DNA of 64,000 nucleotides from Anolis carolinensis (Eukaryota): contig NC_085844.1 of the NCBI RefSeq assembly GCF_035594765.1, forward strand, positions 35,851,923-35,915,922, in the 5' to 3' direction. The notes under the pieces are model-generated. The model searched no databases. It was not told the origin of the DNA and saw only the letters and a list, made by a program, of their open reading frames with translations. How positions within the stretch are numbered: the first letter of the stretch is position 1; the number at the start of each line of letters is the position of its first letter. Positions 13,288-24,925 of this stretch are shown here, in pieces. The position numbers and the translations under genes were made by a program.

Positions 13288-13612
13288 TAAAGGTTTTCCC
13301 CTGACATTAAGTCCAGTCGTGTCCGACTCTGGGGGTTGGTGCTCATCTCCATTTCTAAGCCAAAGAGCCGGCATTGTCCATAGACACCTCCAAGGTCATG
13401 TAGCCGGCATGACTGCATGGAGAGCCGTTACCTTCCCTCTGGAGCGATACCTATTGATCTACTCACAGTAGCATGTTTTTGAACTGCTAGGTTGGCAGAA
13501 GCTGGGGCGCTAACAGCGGGCGCTCATTCCGCTCCCCAGATTTGAACCTGTGATCTTTTGGTCCGCAAGTTCAGCAGCTCAGCACTTTAACGCACTGCAC
13601 CACCGGAGGCCC
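13288..13612 (-). mobile_element. Full-length Sauria SINE
   Basis: 13-bp TSD agaaccaattagg at 13275 and 13613; tRNA head and acctttacct tail. Confidence 0.9.
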
Positions 13613-13959
13613 AGAACCAATTAGGAAATGATATTTATAACCCAGGAACAAAAATCGTGCTACACAGTGTTATAAATGGCCATAAGCCATAAGATGAGAC
13701 AGGTAATAAATAAAATGTGTATTACTACTACTACTACTATTTACTTTTATACTTACGGCAACTCTAAAGCAAACCTATCATGATGTTTACTTGGCAAACT
13801 TAGTTCAAAACAACTCCCAAGATCCTATAGCATTGAGCCATGACAGTTAAAGTGCTATCAAAGTGCATTAATTCTACAGTTAGGGATACACCCTTAGTCC
13901 CAACATTTCGGATAAGAGCAACTACAACATCATTTCCTCCTTTCTCAATCCACATTGAA

Positions 13960-14073
13960 AGCAGTTCTGCCCTTGTGGTGACGTCAACGATGACGACACG
14001 GCCTATGGGACCGACCCACTTGGGAAAGAGACGGGGGGGGAGGTGACAGAGTGCGCATGCGTTTTATACTACC
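13960..14073 (+). promoter_or_regulatory. ZFAND1 promoter / 5'UTR
   Basis: Full CRE TGACGTCA at 13979-13986, NRF1-type TGCGCATGCG at 14052-14061, Kozak accATGG. Confidence 0.65.
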
Positions 14074-17000
14074 ATGGCGGAATTGGAACTCGGGCAACAT
14101 TGCCAGGTGGAACATTGTGGGCAGCTTGGTAAGAGATTAAGGCAGGAGGCAGACAGTGTGACAATGGGTTTGTTGGAGTGTTGAATAGAATTGCTGATCC
14201 TCAGTTGAAGCGTTGCTTCTGGAGATATGGAGGCAGTTCTGGAATTCCTGCCGCCTCTGTCTATATAGCGTTCGACTGGGAACCTGAAGTATAGAAGGAC
14301 GTTTGTTCTCTTTTGTGCCTCTACGGATTTCTCCCGTCGATGGATTCAACAGCGGCAGAAGGGTTACTAATCAACCAATCAGACGAGGGGTGGGCGTGGC
14401 TTGTACTCATTTAGCGCTCATAGGCAACCAGCGTTGTTTTTGAAGGTTTTTTGCATTGGAGAGAGTTGAATGGGTTCATTTCCTTGAGAATAAAGAGACC
14501 TGTTTAGGATTTTTGGCCAAATGCGTGTATGAGCCTGGAAGACCTCATTTATTTCCTCTTTCACTGGAGTGCATCTACACTATAGAATTAATGCAGTTTG
14601 ACAGTACCTGAACTGCCATGGCCCAGTTCTATGAAATTATGAGAGTTGTAGTTTGGCACCAGCACTCCTTGACTGAGAAAACTACAATTCCCCATTACCC
14701 TCTAACATCAAACCAAATCAGTTACAATTATGTCAAACTGCATTAATTCTACAGTGTGGACACACCCTCAGCCGATGTAGTATTGTTAAGCTAGTACAAA
14801 GTGAAAACACCAGAGATTGGTTTGCTTCATTTTTCATAGAATTAGCTAAGGCCCCTTCTACATTGCCATATAATCCATTTTCAAAGCAGATAATCCACAC
14901 TACCTGCTTTGAACTGGATTATATGAGTCTACACTGCCATATAATCCAATTCAAAGTAGATAATCTGGATTTTATATGGCAGTGTAGATGGGGCTAGGAG
15001 GTCCCTTAAAGTCCTAAATATTAAGTCTGTGATGTAATAGTATCAATGCGTGCTGGAAAATGCTTAATTTCATCAGCATGTCCTATGCTGTGTGCAAACT
15101 ATCTAGTAATGTGCAGGTACTATCTCTCTTAATTTTCTCATCTGAATAAACAGCTAAAATTAGTATTGGGCTATTGGATTATGACCTTTTAGGATCATAT
15201 TGTAGAGCAGTTTCAGGAGTGTTCCTTTAGTTTATTGGGTAATGGAAGATCACTGGGCATGTAAATATCTTGTTTATATTTATCTCAGAAGACAAAGATT
15301 CAAATAATAATAATCATCATCATCATCTTTATTTATAGTCCACTTTTATTTCCCAGAGGAACTCGGGGTGGCTCACAAAACACTCAAGGTGTAGACTTCT
15401 TTAAAATGACAAGTTTGAATTACTCACAACTTCATGTATTTATTTAAATGCACAGGAACATTTCTTGTCAAGTTAAGCTTTAAAGCATTTCAGTTTGTAT
15501 CTTTTAACTTATAATCTTTAACAGTCTCTTTAAAACTATATTGCTCTGTACAGCTCTCTTCTATAACAGTCTACTGCCAAAGAACTCAAGCCTCAACTGA
15601 CTTCTCACACTGGCATCTGTACTCAAACAGGCTCAAGCCTCAAACTGTCCTTCCTCAACTGTCATCCTTTTTAAACTACATTCTAAACAGTTACTGATCC
15701 AGTCACTTGGTCTGCAGCCCCTCCCACTGCCTCAAGTACATAGAGCTAAGGAAACTGCAAACCAAATAAAACAAGAAGAAGAAAAAATGACGCATTATAA
15801 ACAGACAAATCATTTGATAGAAGAGGCTTGAGAAGGTTGCGATCTACAACAATTAAATTATATCTCTTTCATTTCAGACTTTCTACCTTTTGTCTGTGAT
15901 GGCTGTTCAGGTGTTTTTTGGTAAGAAACTACATTTTATTATTTCTGCAGCACATCCAGTGCTCTTGGGGAGTTCATATAGAAACCCAACCAAAGAAAAC
16001 ACCAGGGAATTTACAACCTACATTTAGCGAATAAGGAAAGAGGAGAAAACAAAGGGAAAGTAAGACCAACTGGATGAATAGGAGTTAAACTGAGCATTTT
16101 AAATTAGCTTCGTTTAAGATAAAGCATGCCAAGTCAATATAACTCTCTGCCACACTAATCCTGTTCATGATGTTTCATATAATAATGTTATCTTTTTTTC
16201 CTGTTGCTGTAAGTCTTGAGCACAGAAGTCGAGCTGCTCATGGTTGTTCTGAGGTAAGCTGATAATTAACCCATATCCTATAAACAATTACTATTTCAAA
16301 CAATAATGAAGTTCAGTTCCCTTAGGCTCATTCAGAATAACCTTTCAAGACATGCTTCCTATTGTTTACATGGAATTCAAATGATCGTGCATCTTTTTTC
16401 CAAATTACACACAAAAACACACCTCTTTTTTTAAACACAATCCACATAGAGAGAAATTCAAGCTAGAACTCAGAGGAGAAAATTCAGTGGACTGACTAGA
16501 GTAAAACCCTATGTATCTCGCTGCAGGTAAAAGTACTATCAATGCAGCCTAGAACAATTCCCCACAACCATATGACTGGCCCCATTTCCACAGACTGGGG
16601 GCCCTTCCACACAGCCATATAACTCAGAATATCAAGACAGAAAATCCCATAATATCTCCTTTAAACTGGGTTATCTGAGTCCACACTGCCATATATTTCA
16701 ATTCAAAGCAGATAATGTGGATTTTATTCAGCGTTGTAGAAGGGGCCTGGGCTGTGATCTTTTAGATGCTGGTAGATCATAAAAGCCACAGCCAGAACTG
16801 CAATGTCAAACACCTGAAGGTCACAAGTTTCTAGTCACAGAGCTGTCTTTTTAAAGTCCTGCATGTAGTGAGGATTGTCCACTTTGCATGCATCTTCACT
16901 GACATTAGCGTAGATCCAGGGCTAGATCTACACTGCCATATAATGCAGTTTGGACTGGCATTACAGCCAGTCCCCTAGTAGGTTTGCCCTTAAGTTGAAT

Positions 17001-20000
17001 TTGTTTGTAAATTGAAAGTTTGTAAGTGTAACTCCAGACAAAATATATTTTAGCTTTGGATAGCATAGGGAAGGGGCAATATTCCTGTGCTGTTTGTTTT
17101 GCTATCTGTTCCACTTTCTTTCACTGTGATAATTGGATTTTGAAAAAGTTGGATTGTTGTGGAAACAAGGATTGGTAATATAGCTTCAGTGAAGACACCT
17201 TTCCCCCTCTTTCAAGATTACATTTCCCTTCCTAGAGGAAGATTTCTCTTTCTTTGTGTTGTCTCACCTCCATTCTTAACTAGAAATTTATAAGTTGGAT
17301 GTTTGTAACTCGGGGACTGCCTGTATATTGCCAGTGTAGACCCATATAATGCAGTTCAGTATAGTTAAACTGCATTACTGTATATGGGTTTACATTGACT
17401 AGCCAAGATCCACCCAATGTGGCAAGTTAGAATGGAGAGGCAACAAATTGATATTTGCATCATTGAATCTGAGACTCGTGCATTTCTGTGGTGTTTAATG
17501 CTCCATTTTTAAATATATACCTTGTACTTGTCCTACAAAGAGATACTCTGAACCAGGATAAGACCTGTCTTGCATTCCTGGTCTGTAACGCAAATCCATT
17601 GTGTTATTATTCAAATATAGTGAAAATAATTTAAAAGATTTCATGTTGGAAGAAAAATGCATGAAAGTACAGGGGTAATTACTGTAGCGTAAAATTATAT
17701 ATGCAATTAAGTGTCAACAAAACTGTTTGTTTCCTTTTTGCCACCTTTTACTTAGATGAGATAATGTTTTTTATTGCTTTTGAACTGTGAACTGTTATTT
17801 GCTTTCAGCTGTGCTTCTTTGTGGTAGTGTTTTTGTCTTTATAGAAATTATTGATAAACTAGAGGCTGTATATTTTATTGTAGCTTCAGTACTGATTAAT
17901 AATAAAAATCTGTTTCGGACCATTAGCATGAAATCTTATTTTATTAAACCAATGTTTTCTCTTGTCATCTGGCAACAGTGGTTAACATTTTAAGAATGTT
18001 TTGTTCTCCTTTTTTTAGTTAGAGAAGACTACAAAATATGTGGGTTGTATACTTGAGAATATGTTAATATCACACAGCCCCCCCTTTTTTTTTCCCCTTG
18101 GCATCTTGGTTTTTAGGCTTGTTCCTGGGGTTATTTGGAGCACTGATTCAGAAAATTGCATTGGATAGACTGCATCAGTTCTAGTTTCTTAAATATGATT
18201 ATCATGATTTCTTATGGGCAAGCTGATGAATACTGGTATATGGCATATGTTTTGTATCTCAAAAACTAGTGCCAATAGGCAGAAACTGGTGCCATTTTTT
18301 GAATCAATGGGTCAAACATACCCAGAAACAAGTCTAACATTTGAGGCACCAAAATGTGTGTTGGCCAGTGTCATATAAGACAGTATTTGAGGAGTATGTG
18401 ACAGTGGTATTTGTGCAACATATTCATTTGTGTGTTGTTTTTTTTTAAATTGACCTAGGTGAATCTAAAAAGTGGGGATGTGAAACCAGATCATCACACA
18501 TCATACTTGTGCAGCTATAAAGATTGTGAAAGAAAAGAGCTGGTTCCTGTATTATGCTCCTATTGTGAGAAACATTTTTGTTTAAGGTGAGCAAAGAAGT
18601 AAATTTTACCAACCTTACCCCTATACTTTTCTTGAACCTACAGTGGAAACAGGAATTATTTATTCATGACCTCTGCCAGAAATTGCCATAGAGTTATCTT
18701 AGAGGATGTAAACATTTGCTAGGACATTCAACACAACTTTCTGATAACTTCTGATAGAAACATACCACAGAATCACCTAAAGAACCTAAAAATTCTTAGA
18801 TAGAAAATATATTTTCAGCTGCGGTTAGGTGAAACTCAGGAACCAGACTCATAGGTACAGTGATCCCATTGTATTCTTATAACAATTTGCTCATTTATTA
18901 TTTTCAGGCATCGTCATCAATCAGACCACGAGTGTGAGAAACTGGAAACCCCTAAACCTCGTATGGCTGCTACCCAGCAGCTTATTAAAGATATTGTCGG
19001 TAAGTACGATATTTTCAATAGCGTTTTCTAAAATAGGATTTTTAGAATTAGACAGTAGAATATAACACAAGATCAAGAATGTCAATATTGATGCTTTGAA
19101 ATCATTTCATATTTCATTATTTCACTGACCACATCCTGTGTCAAAGACAGAACGCCACAAGATAAAAGATAACAGAGTTTATTGGAGTTACACAACCAAA
19201 AATGCCCGTAAAAGACAAGGGCTAGGCAAACACTGGCCTTAAAAGTAAAAAGAGACAAGAAAAACGTTCAAAAGATAAACCGGATTAAACCGGAGTTTAA
19301 TCCGGGTTAAATCAAAACAGCTTGCTTCAGCCTGGGAATAAACAAAACAGAAGCTGGTGAACAAAGAGATCAAAGGAATGCAACTAATTGGCAGCAGATG
19401 CTTCTCTGCTGCCAAGAGCTATGTTTGAGTAACTTAGAAGTTACTCCTCCACACAGCAGGCAAATTCCCGATACAAACACAGCAGACGAGGGCAGAAGCA
19501 GTCAGCGAAGTCCCAATCCGTTCCGAAGGTCGTAAGGTAGATGCAGACGTTTGTAGTTCACCAGTTCCAACGATAGACACAGGTAGGAGAATCCGAGGCC
19601 GTAGTCAGTCAGTCCGTAAGTCCAGAGCAAGCAGATGGCGTCCGTCAAGAAGACGACGGAAGGTCAAAGCTATTAAGATTAAGCAGAGGTTGCACAACAA
19701 AACCCCACACAATTCCTCCCGCCGTCTGAGCCCAATGTCCAGGATAACTTACGTAGTCAGCAAACGAAACACACCCGTCTTCAGGAAAACTTCCCACACA
19801 GATCCCAAGCGTTCGTCCAGATTACCTTGCCCAACGCAATTTGCTATTGCTCCCAAACCCCATTTTATGCCAGTTACAAGTCCTCATCGCTATCAGCTGT
19901 TCTCCTTAGCCCGGGCGTTTCCTCATCACTTTCCTCATCAGAACTGGAACACCTTTGACTACGCCTCACAGCATCCCCAGCTGTGGATCCCGTCCCATCC

Positions 20001-21379
20001 CTCCAGCTTGTCCACGGGTCTAATCCTGAAGGTCCCCAATCGCCTTCCATACTATCATTGCCAGTGGCACCCAAATCCTCCCTTACACGAGTCCATTCCA
20101 TGTCATCCTCTTCCGAGCTAACCATCTCTTCCTCCATTCTCTCAGTAAACCCTTCAAAAGAATCCTCGTCAGATGGTTCTGCAAAGATATCTCGCAGCCG
20201 CTTCCTTTCTCGCTCCTCGAGAGTATCTGACTCTCGAGGAGTCTTACGCCCACGTCTCCCAGTAGCAGAGCCATGAGGCTTAACCATAACATCCTGTTTC
20301 TGAACTGCTGTTCTGCTCATACATACAAGCTGAGGGAGGCTTCACTTTTTCCCCAGTAAACTAGATATATAATTTAGAGATATAATTTAGTAAACTAGTT
20401 TCTAAGCATCTCAGAGATGCTCATTGCAGCGTATTCTTCATAGACAAGAACATCCTATTAAAATTAGTGTTATGTATCTCTCTTAAGATTCCAAGAAAGA
20501 AGCCAGAGTGAATAAAAGATGCAGAGGAGCCAAGAGCAGTGAAACAGCAGCCAAGGTAGCTCTAATGAAACTGAAAATGCATGCATGTGGAGATAAATCT
20601 GTGCCACAGGTAAGTCATTGCATATATTTCTGGACTTTTAAATTTTTATTTAGGCAAAAGAGATATCTGTAGTGAGTTTTAGAACTTTTAAAAAAATGAA
20701 ATATCAGTTTTTCACAGAATGGGGAAAGTTGGCCTGATTAATTTTAATTGTGAAAATTGATAAAGCTCACGAATTGAAAGCCTCTGTAATATTGGATGAA
20801 AAATTGTAAATTCTCCCAACTGGTGGATGCTTTTTATAGTTTAGTAGGTTTATTTGATCCTTTGTAAAGAATCTTTTTCAGGCAACTTAAATTAAAAGAA
20901 AATACGTACCTAAAAATGGATATGTTAACATCATATAAATGGCCTGTTTTCCTATTGCAGACAGAAAGAATTTATTTCCAAGTGTTTTTACCTAAAGGAA
21001 GCAAGGAGAAAAGCAAGCCCATGTTCTTTTGTAATAACTGGAGCATTGGCAAAGTAATTGATTTTGCAGCTTCCATGGCAAACCTTAAAAATGATAACAA
21101 CAAAACCACAGCCAAGGTACACCAACCAAAATAACCATGCTTGTATTCTATATTTGATGTAGAAATAGAATGGGTTTTTTTTAAACATTTTCTTTTTCTG
21201 ATTTTCAGAAATTAAGACTTTGTCATCCATCATCTGGAGAAGCCTTACCTCTTGATCACATCCTAACATCTTATATAAACCATGAAGAATCTGCATTGTA
21301 TAATGGTGGAAACGTGGTCTTGGAATACCTTGATAATGAAGTTCAACTGTTGGAAGATGCAAACTCATATTTAGAATAA
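14074..21379 (+). CDS. ZFAND1: AN1-type zinc finger protein 1, 8 coding exons, 268 aa
   Basis: join(14074-14128,15878-15920,16214-16253,18459-18586,18908-18999,20488-20609,20961-21116,21209-21379). All introns GT-AG, phases consistent, 807 nt. Reads [38 protein letters not shown] (AN1-1), CSYKDC..CSYCEKHFCLRHRHQSDHEC (AN1-2), and a C-terminal UBL domain TERIYFQVFLPKGSKEKSKPMFFC..YNGGNVVLEYL. Confidence 0.97.
16964..17323. mobile_element. Tigger/MER2-like MITE nested in a palindromic MITE
   Basis: TA-CAG(G/C)CAGTCCCC...GGGGACTGCCTG-TA; related copy at ~43511-43955. Confidence 0.7.
19139..20291 (-). mobile_element. Solo LTR (1153 bp) of an LTR retroelement (Gypsy/BEL/ERV class unresolved) in ZFAND1 intron 5
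   Basis: TGT...ACA termini and perfect 5-bp TSD TCCTG (19134-19138, 20292-20296). Minus-strand CATAAAA box at ~19863-19869 and AATAAA at 19178-19183. CpG-rich, so probably young. Confidence 0.9.
19874..20287 (-). CDS. LTR U3-encoded 137-aa acidic ORF with a DIF..SDEDSFEGF (IBM/TIM-like) motif
   Basis: Uninterrupted ORF whose ATG is at LTR position 5 and whose stop lies just before the TATA-like box. Basic patch followed by Ser/acidic tracts. Translation is not demonstrated. Confidence 0.55.
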   Translation of the reverse strand: MVKPHGSATGRRGRKTPRESDTLEERERKRLRDIFAEPSDEDSFEGFTERMEEEMVSSEEDDMEWTRVREDLGATGNDSMEGDWGPSGLDPWTSWRDGTGSTAGDAVRRSQRCSSSDEESDEETPGLRRTADSDEDL

Positions 21380-21771
21380 TTATAACTGTCCATATTATAT
21401 ATTACATGTAACACAAATCAAAACTTGTTTTATAGTTCGTATAAACATGTGTGTTTCTTGGAGTGTAGTGTGGTTTCTGGGCTGTGTGTTTCTTGTTATG
21501 GGTTTAGATATTGTCTTTTTAAGAGAGAGAAAGTAGGAATACATAATAATAATAACAATAATAGGCAAATATCCCCATGCCTTTAATTCAACACAAATGG
21601 GATTAAATGGCTATTCTTCTGCACATTTAACAGCAGGTGTCTCTCACACAATGTGTTAACTATCTCCATAAAGAGAATTCAATTTGAAATAACAGTTCTA
21701 AGCTCCATCTGCAATACCTCAGCTGTACTTACCTATTTCTAGAGACAGACATCTCACATTAATTTACCATA

Positions 21772-22372
21772 ATAGAATCATAGAGTTGGAAGAGACCTCG
21801 TGAGTCATCCAGTCCAACCCCCTGCCAAGAAGCAGGAAATCGCATTCAAAGCACCCCCGACAGATGGCCATCCAGCCTCTATTTAAAAGCCTCCAAAGAA
21901 GGAGCCTCCACCACACTCTGGGGCAGAGAGTTCCACTGCCGAACAGCTCATACAGTTAGAAGTTCTGTAGAATTTCCTTTCCTGTAATTTAAAGCCATTG
22001 TACCAGGTCCTAGTTTCCAGGACAGAAGAAAACAAACTTGCTCCCTCCTCCCTATGACTTCCCCTCACATATTTATACATGGCTATAATGTTTCCTCTCA
22101 GTCTTCTCTTCTGCAGGCTAAGCATGCCCATCTCTTCAAGCCGCTCCTCATAGGGCTTGTTCACTGGACACTTGTCAACATCTCCCTTCAATTGTGGTGC
22201 CCAGAATTGGCCACAGTATTCCAGGTGTGGTCTGACCAAGGCAAAATAGAGGGGTAGTAAGACTTCCCTGGATCTAGATACTAGACTCCTATTGATGCAG
22301 CCCAAAATCCCATTGGCCTTTTTAGCTGCCGCGTCACATTGTTGGCTCATATTTAACTTGTTGCCCAGGAGG
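21772..22372 (-). mobile_element. CR1 LINE 3' fragment
   Basis: ORF2 remnant KLNMSQQCDAAAKKANGILGCINR..LVRPHLEYC; ATTCTATG tail. Confidence 0.92.
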
Positions 22373-22676
22373 ACTTCCAATGAGCAGGAAGGGGAAAATC
22401 CAAGGGAGAGGGTGTGCATGAAGTAGTTACCTAGATAATGTGTTATTTTGAAAAAAGACTTCCATAATTATAAAAATAAAGCATGCATTAAATGTGTACG
22501 TGCATTAGTTTAAAAGATCCCTCTGAATGCATCTTATCTCAACATTTATTCAAATAAATACTTTGAAGCAAGATGATGGATGGCAACTGAAGGTTCAGCA
22601 GTATTGTATGTGATCAGAACTGTGAGAACCAGTGTGGTGCAGTAGTTTGAAAACTCGAATAGAAGAGAGTCTACAC

Positions 22677-22782
22677 CAGGCATGGGCAAACTTCGGCCCT
22701 CCAGGTGTTTTGGACTTCAACTCCCACAATTCTGGGAGTTGAAGTCCAAAACACCTGGAGGGCCAAAGTTTGCCCATGCCTT
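22677..22782. mobile_element. 106-bp palindromic hAT MITE
   Basis: Near-perfect hairpin with perfect 8-bp TSD gtctacac. Confidence 0.92.
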
Positions 22783-23023
22783 GTCTACACTGTAATTAAC
22801 GCAGTTCGACACTTTACCTGCCTAGGCTCATTGCTATGGAATTATGAGGTTTTTAGCCTGGAGAGGGAACACCACTCTTCGGCAATTAAAGCCAAAGAGC
22901 TTGTAAAGCTAGGACTGCTTTCTGACTTAAGGTGAACCTATCTTGGCAAGATTTCCGCAGAAGTGTTTTGTCATCGCCCTCCTCTCATGCTGCGAGAGAG
23001 TGACAGCTCAAGTTCACCCAATG

Positions 23024-23630
23024 GGTTGTCAAAGGCTTTCATGACCAGAATCACTGGGTTGCTGTGAGTTTTCTGTATGGCCATGTTCCAGAAGCATTCT
23101 CACCTGGTGTTTCACCCGCATCTATGGCAAACATCCTGAGAGGCTGTGAGATTTATTGAAAACTAGGCAAGTGGGGTTTATGTGTCTGTGGAATATAGGG
23201 TGGGAAAAAAACTCATGTCTGTTTGAGGCAAGTGTGAATGTTGCAATTGATTAGCACTGAACAGCCTTGCAGCCTCAAGGCATGGCTGCTTCCTGCCTGG
23301 GAAAATCCTTTGTTGGTAGGTGTTAGCTGGCCCTGACTGATTCATGTCTGGAATTCTTGTTTTCTGAGTGTTGTTCTTTATTTTCCCTGATTTTAGGGGT
23401 TTTTTAATACTAGTAGCCAAATTTTGTTCATTTTCATGGTCTCCTCCTTTCTGTTGAAATTGTCCCCGTGCTTGTGGATTTCAAAGGTTTCTAAGTGTAG
23501 TCTGACTCGGTGGTTGTTAGAGTGGTCCAGCATTTCTGTGTTCTCAAATAATATCCTGTGTCCAGGTTGGTTCATCAAGCGCTCTGCTATGGGTGGCTTC
23601 TCTAGTTAGTTAGTCTGCGGCGCCTTTCAC
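23024..23630 (-). mobile_element. Penelope-like element 3' fragment (GIY-YIG C-terminus plus pLTR)
   Basis: HRILFENTEMLDHSNNHRVRLHLETFEIHKHGDNFNRKEE; abuts the IMPA1 CpG island. Confidence 0.85.
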
Positions 23631-23639
23631 CCAATGGGT

Positions 23640-24000
23640 TTCATTGTTTACTTCCGACACAAACGCCCACGTGGTTTTCTTCCACTGCTCATGCTGACGT
23701 CACAAGCCCCCTCCAAAAACACACCCAGCGAACCCCGCTCGCCTTTTCCAGCGCCCCCTAGAGGCGTTCTCTACGTAAAATCTCGCCCCGCCCATGAGGC
23801 CAGCAGAACGCGCAGGAACCAATAGGATGCCTCGGCGCATGTAGCATGACAGCCTTGCCGTGCACAGCCTTTCATTACCTCTCCCCTGCGCATGTGCGTG
23901 CAATAGCGGAACGAGAATTTTGCAACACTGGAGGGCAGCTTTGAAAGGCGAGCTCGCGCCTGCGCAGTGGGTGACGTTGATGTCACGTCCCAGACTCTGG
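23640..24000 (+). promoter_or_regulatory. IMPA1 CpG-island promoter
   Basis: CRE TGACGTCA at 23695-23702, CTCF-like gcgccccctagagg at ~23751-23764, GC box, CCAAT at 23819, NRF1-like GCGCATGTGCG and GCGCCTGCGCA. Confidence 0.7.
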
Positions 24001-24052
24001 GTGCCGGTTTTGCCAGCAGAGGCGAGCCCTTCAGTGACTTGCCTTCCTAACG
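23980..24052 (+). other. IMPA1: Probable non-coding first exon of IMPA1 (start approximate)
   Basis: CpG island ending in a strong donor CG|GTAAGC at 24052/24053. The first coding exon has an acceptor (TAG at 29391-29393) 6 nt before the ATG. Confidence 0.7.
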
Positions 24053-24294
24053 GTAAGCCGGGTTCTTCCTCCTTCCGCTTACAACATTTTGCTTGGGCTT
24101 CTTTGTATCATTTCACAATCTTTCTTTGGAGCACCTGAATCAGGAGGCACTCTGCACATGCCCTGGAGCTGCTCGCTCTCATTAGACCTGCATTTAGTGG
24201 CACCTCGCTTGGTCTAACCTTGGGAGTGGTAGATGAAAATGAACAGAATCAAGGTGTCTGATGCCACCTCTCTACCGAAGCATTGCAGCTGAGA

Positions 24295-24925
24295 GTGCAC
24301 CTACACCGCAGAATTAATGCAGTCTGACTCCACTTTAGATCCCATAGCTCAGTGCTTTTGGAATCATGGGAATTATAGTTTACTGGGGGACTAGCACTCT
24401 TTGGCAGAGAAAGCTCAAGGCAACTACAACTCCCATGATTCCATAGCACTGAGCCATGGCAGCTAAACTGGTGTCAAACTGCATTAACTATAGTGTAGAG
24501 ATGGGAATTATAGTTTACTGAGGGACCAGCACTCTTTGGCAGAGAAGGCTCAAGGCCTTGTAGAACTACAACTCCCATGATTCCATAACAATGAATCACG
24601 GCAGCTAAAGTGGTGTCAAACTGCATTAACTATAGTGTAGAAATGGGAATTATAGTTTATGAGGGACCAGCAGTCGTTGGCAGAGAAGGCTCAAGGTCTT
24701 GTAGAACTACAACTCCCATGATTCCATAACAATGAATCACGGCAGCTAAAGTGGTGTCAAACTGCATTAACTACAGTGTAGAGATGGGAATTATAGTTTA
24801 TGAGGGACCAGCAGTCTTTGGCAGAGAAGGCTCAAGGCCTTGTAGAACTACAACTCCATAGTACTGTTCCATGGCAGCTAAAGTGGTGGCAAACTGCAGT
24901 AACTCTACAGTGTAGAAATGCACCC
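24295..24925. repeat. MITE with an internal ~140-bp tandem amplification (4 units)
   Basis: Units start gggaattatagttta at ~24368, 24503, 24646, 24786, inside gtgca(c/t)ctacac...gtgtag..tgcaccc termini. Confidence 0.85.

Noticed and set aside
16205-16213. AAG acceptors of ZFAND1 exons 3 and 6 as possible U12 introns
   Set aside because: The donors are standard GTAAG U2-type, with no RTATCCT signature.
19690-20276. Plus-strand 143- and 97-aa ORFs in the LTR
   Set aside because: Antisense shadows of the U3 ORF and opposite to LTR polarity.
21772-22560. CR1 exonised in the ZFAND1 3'UTR (AATAAA at 22475 and 22553)
   Set aside because: An earlier ATTAAA at 21602 could end the transcript first; undecidable without 3'-end data.
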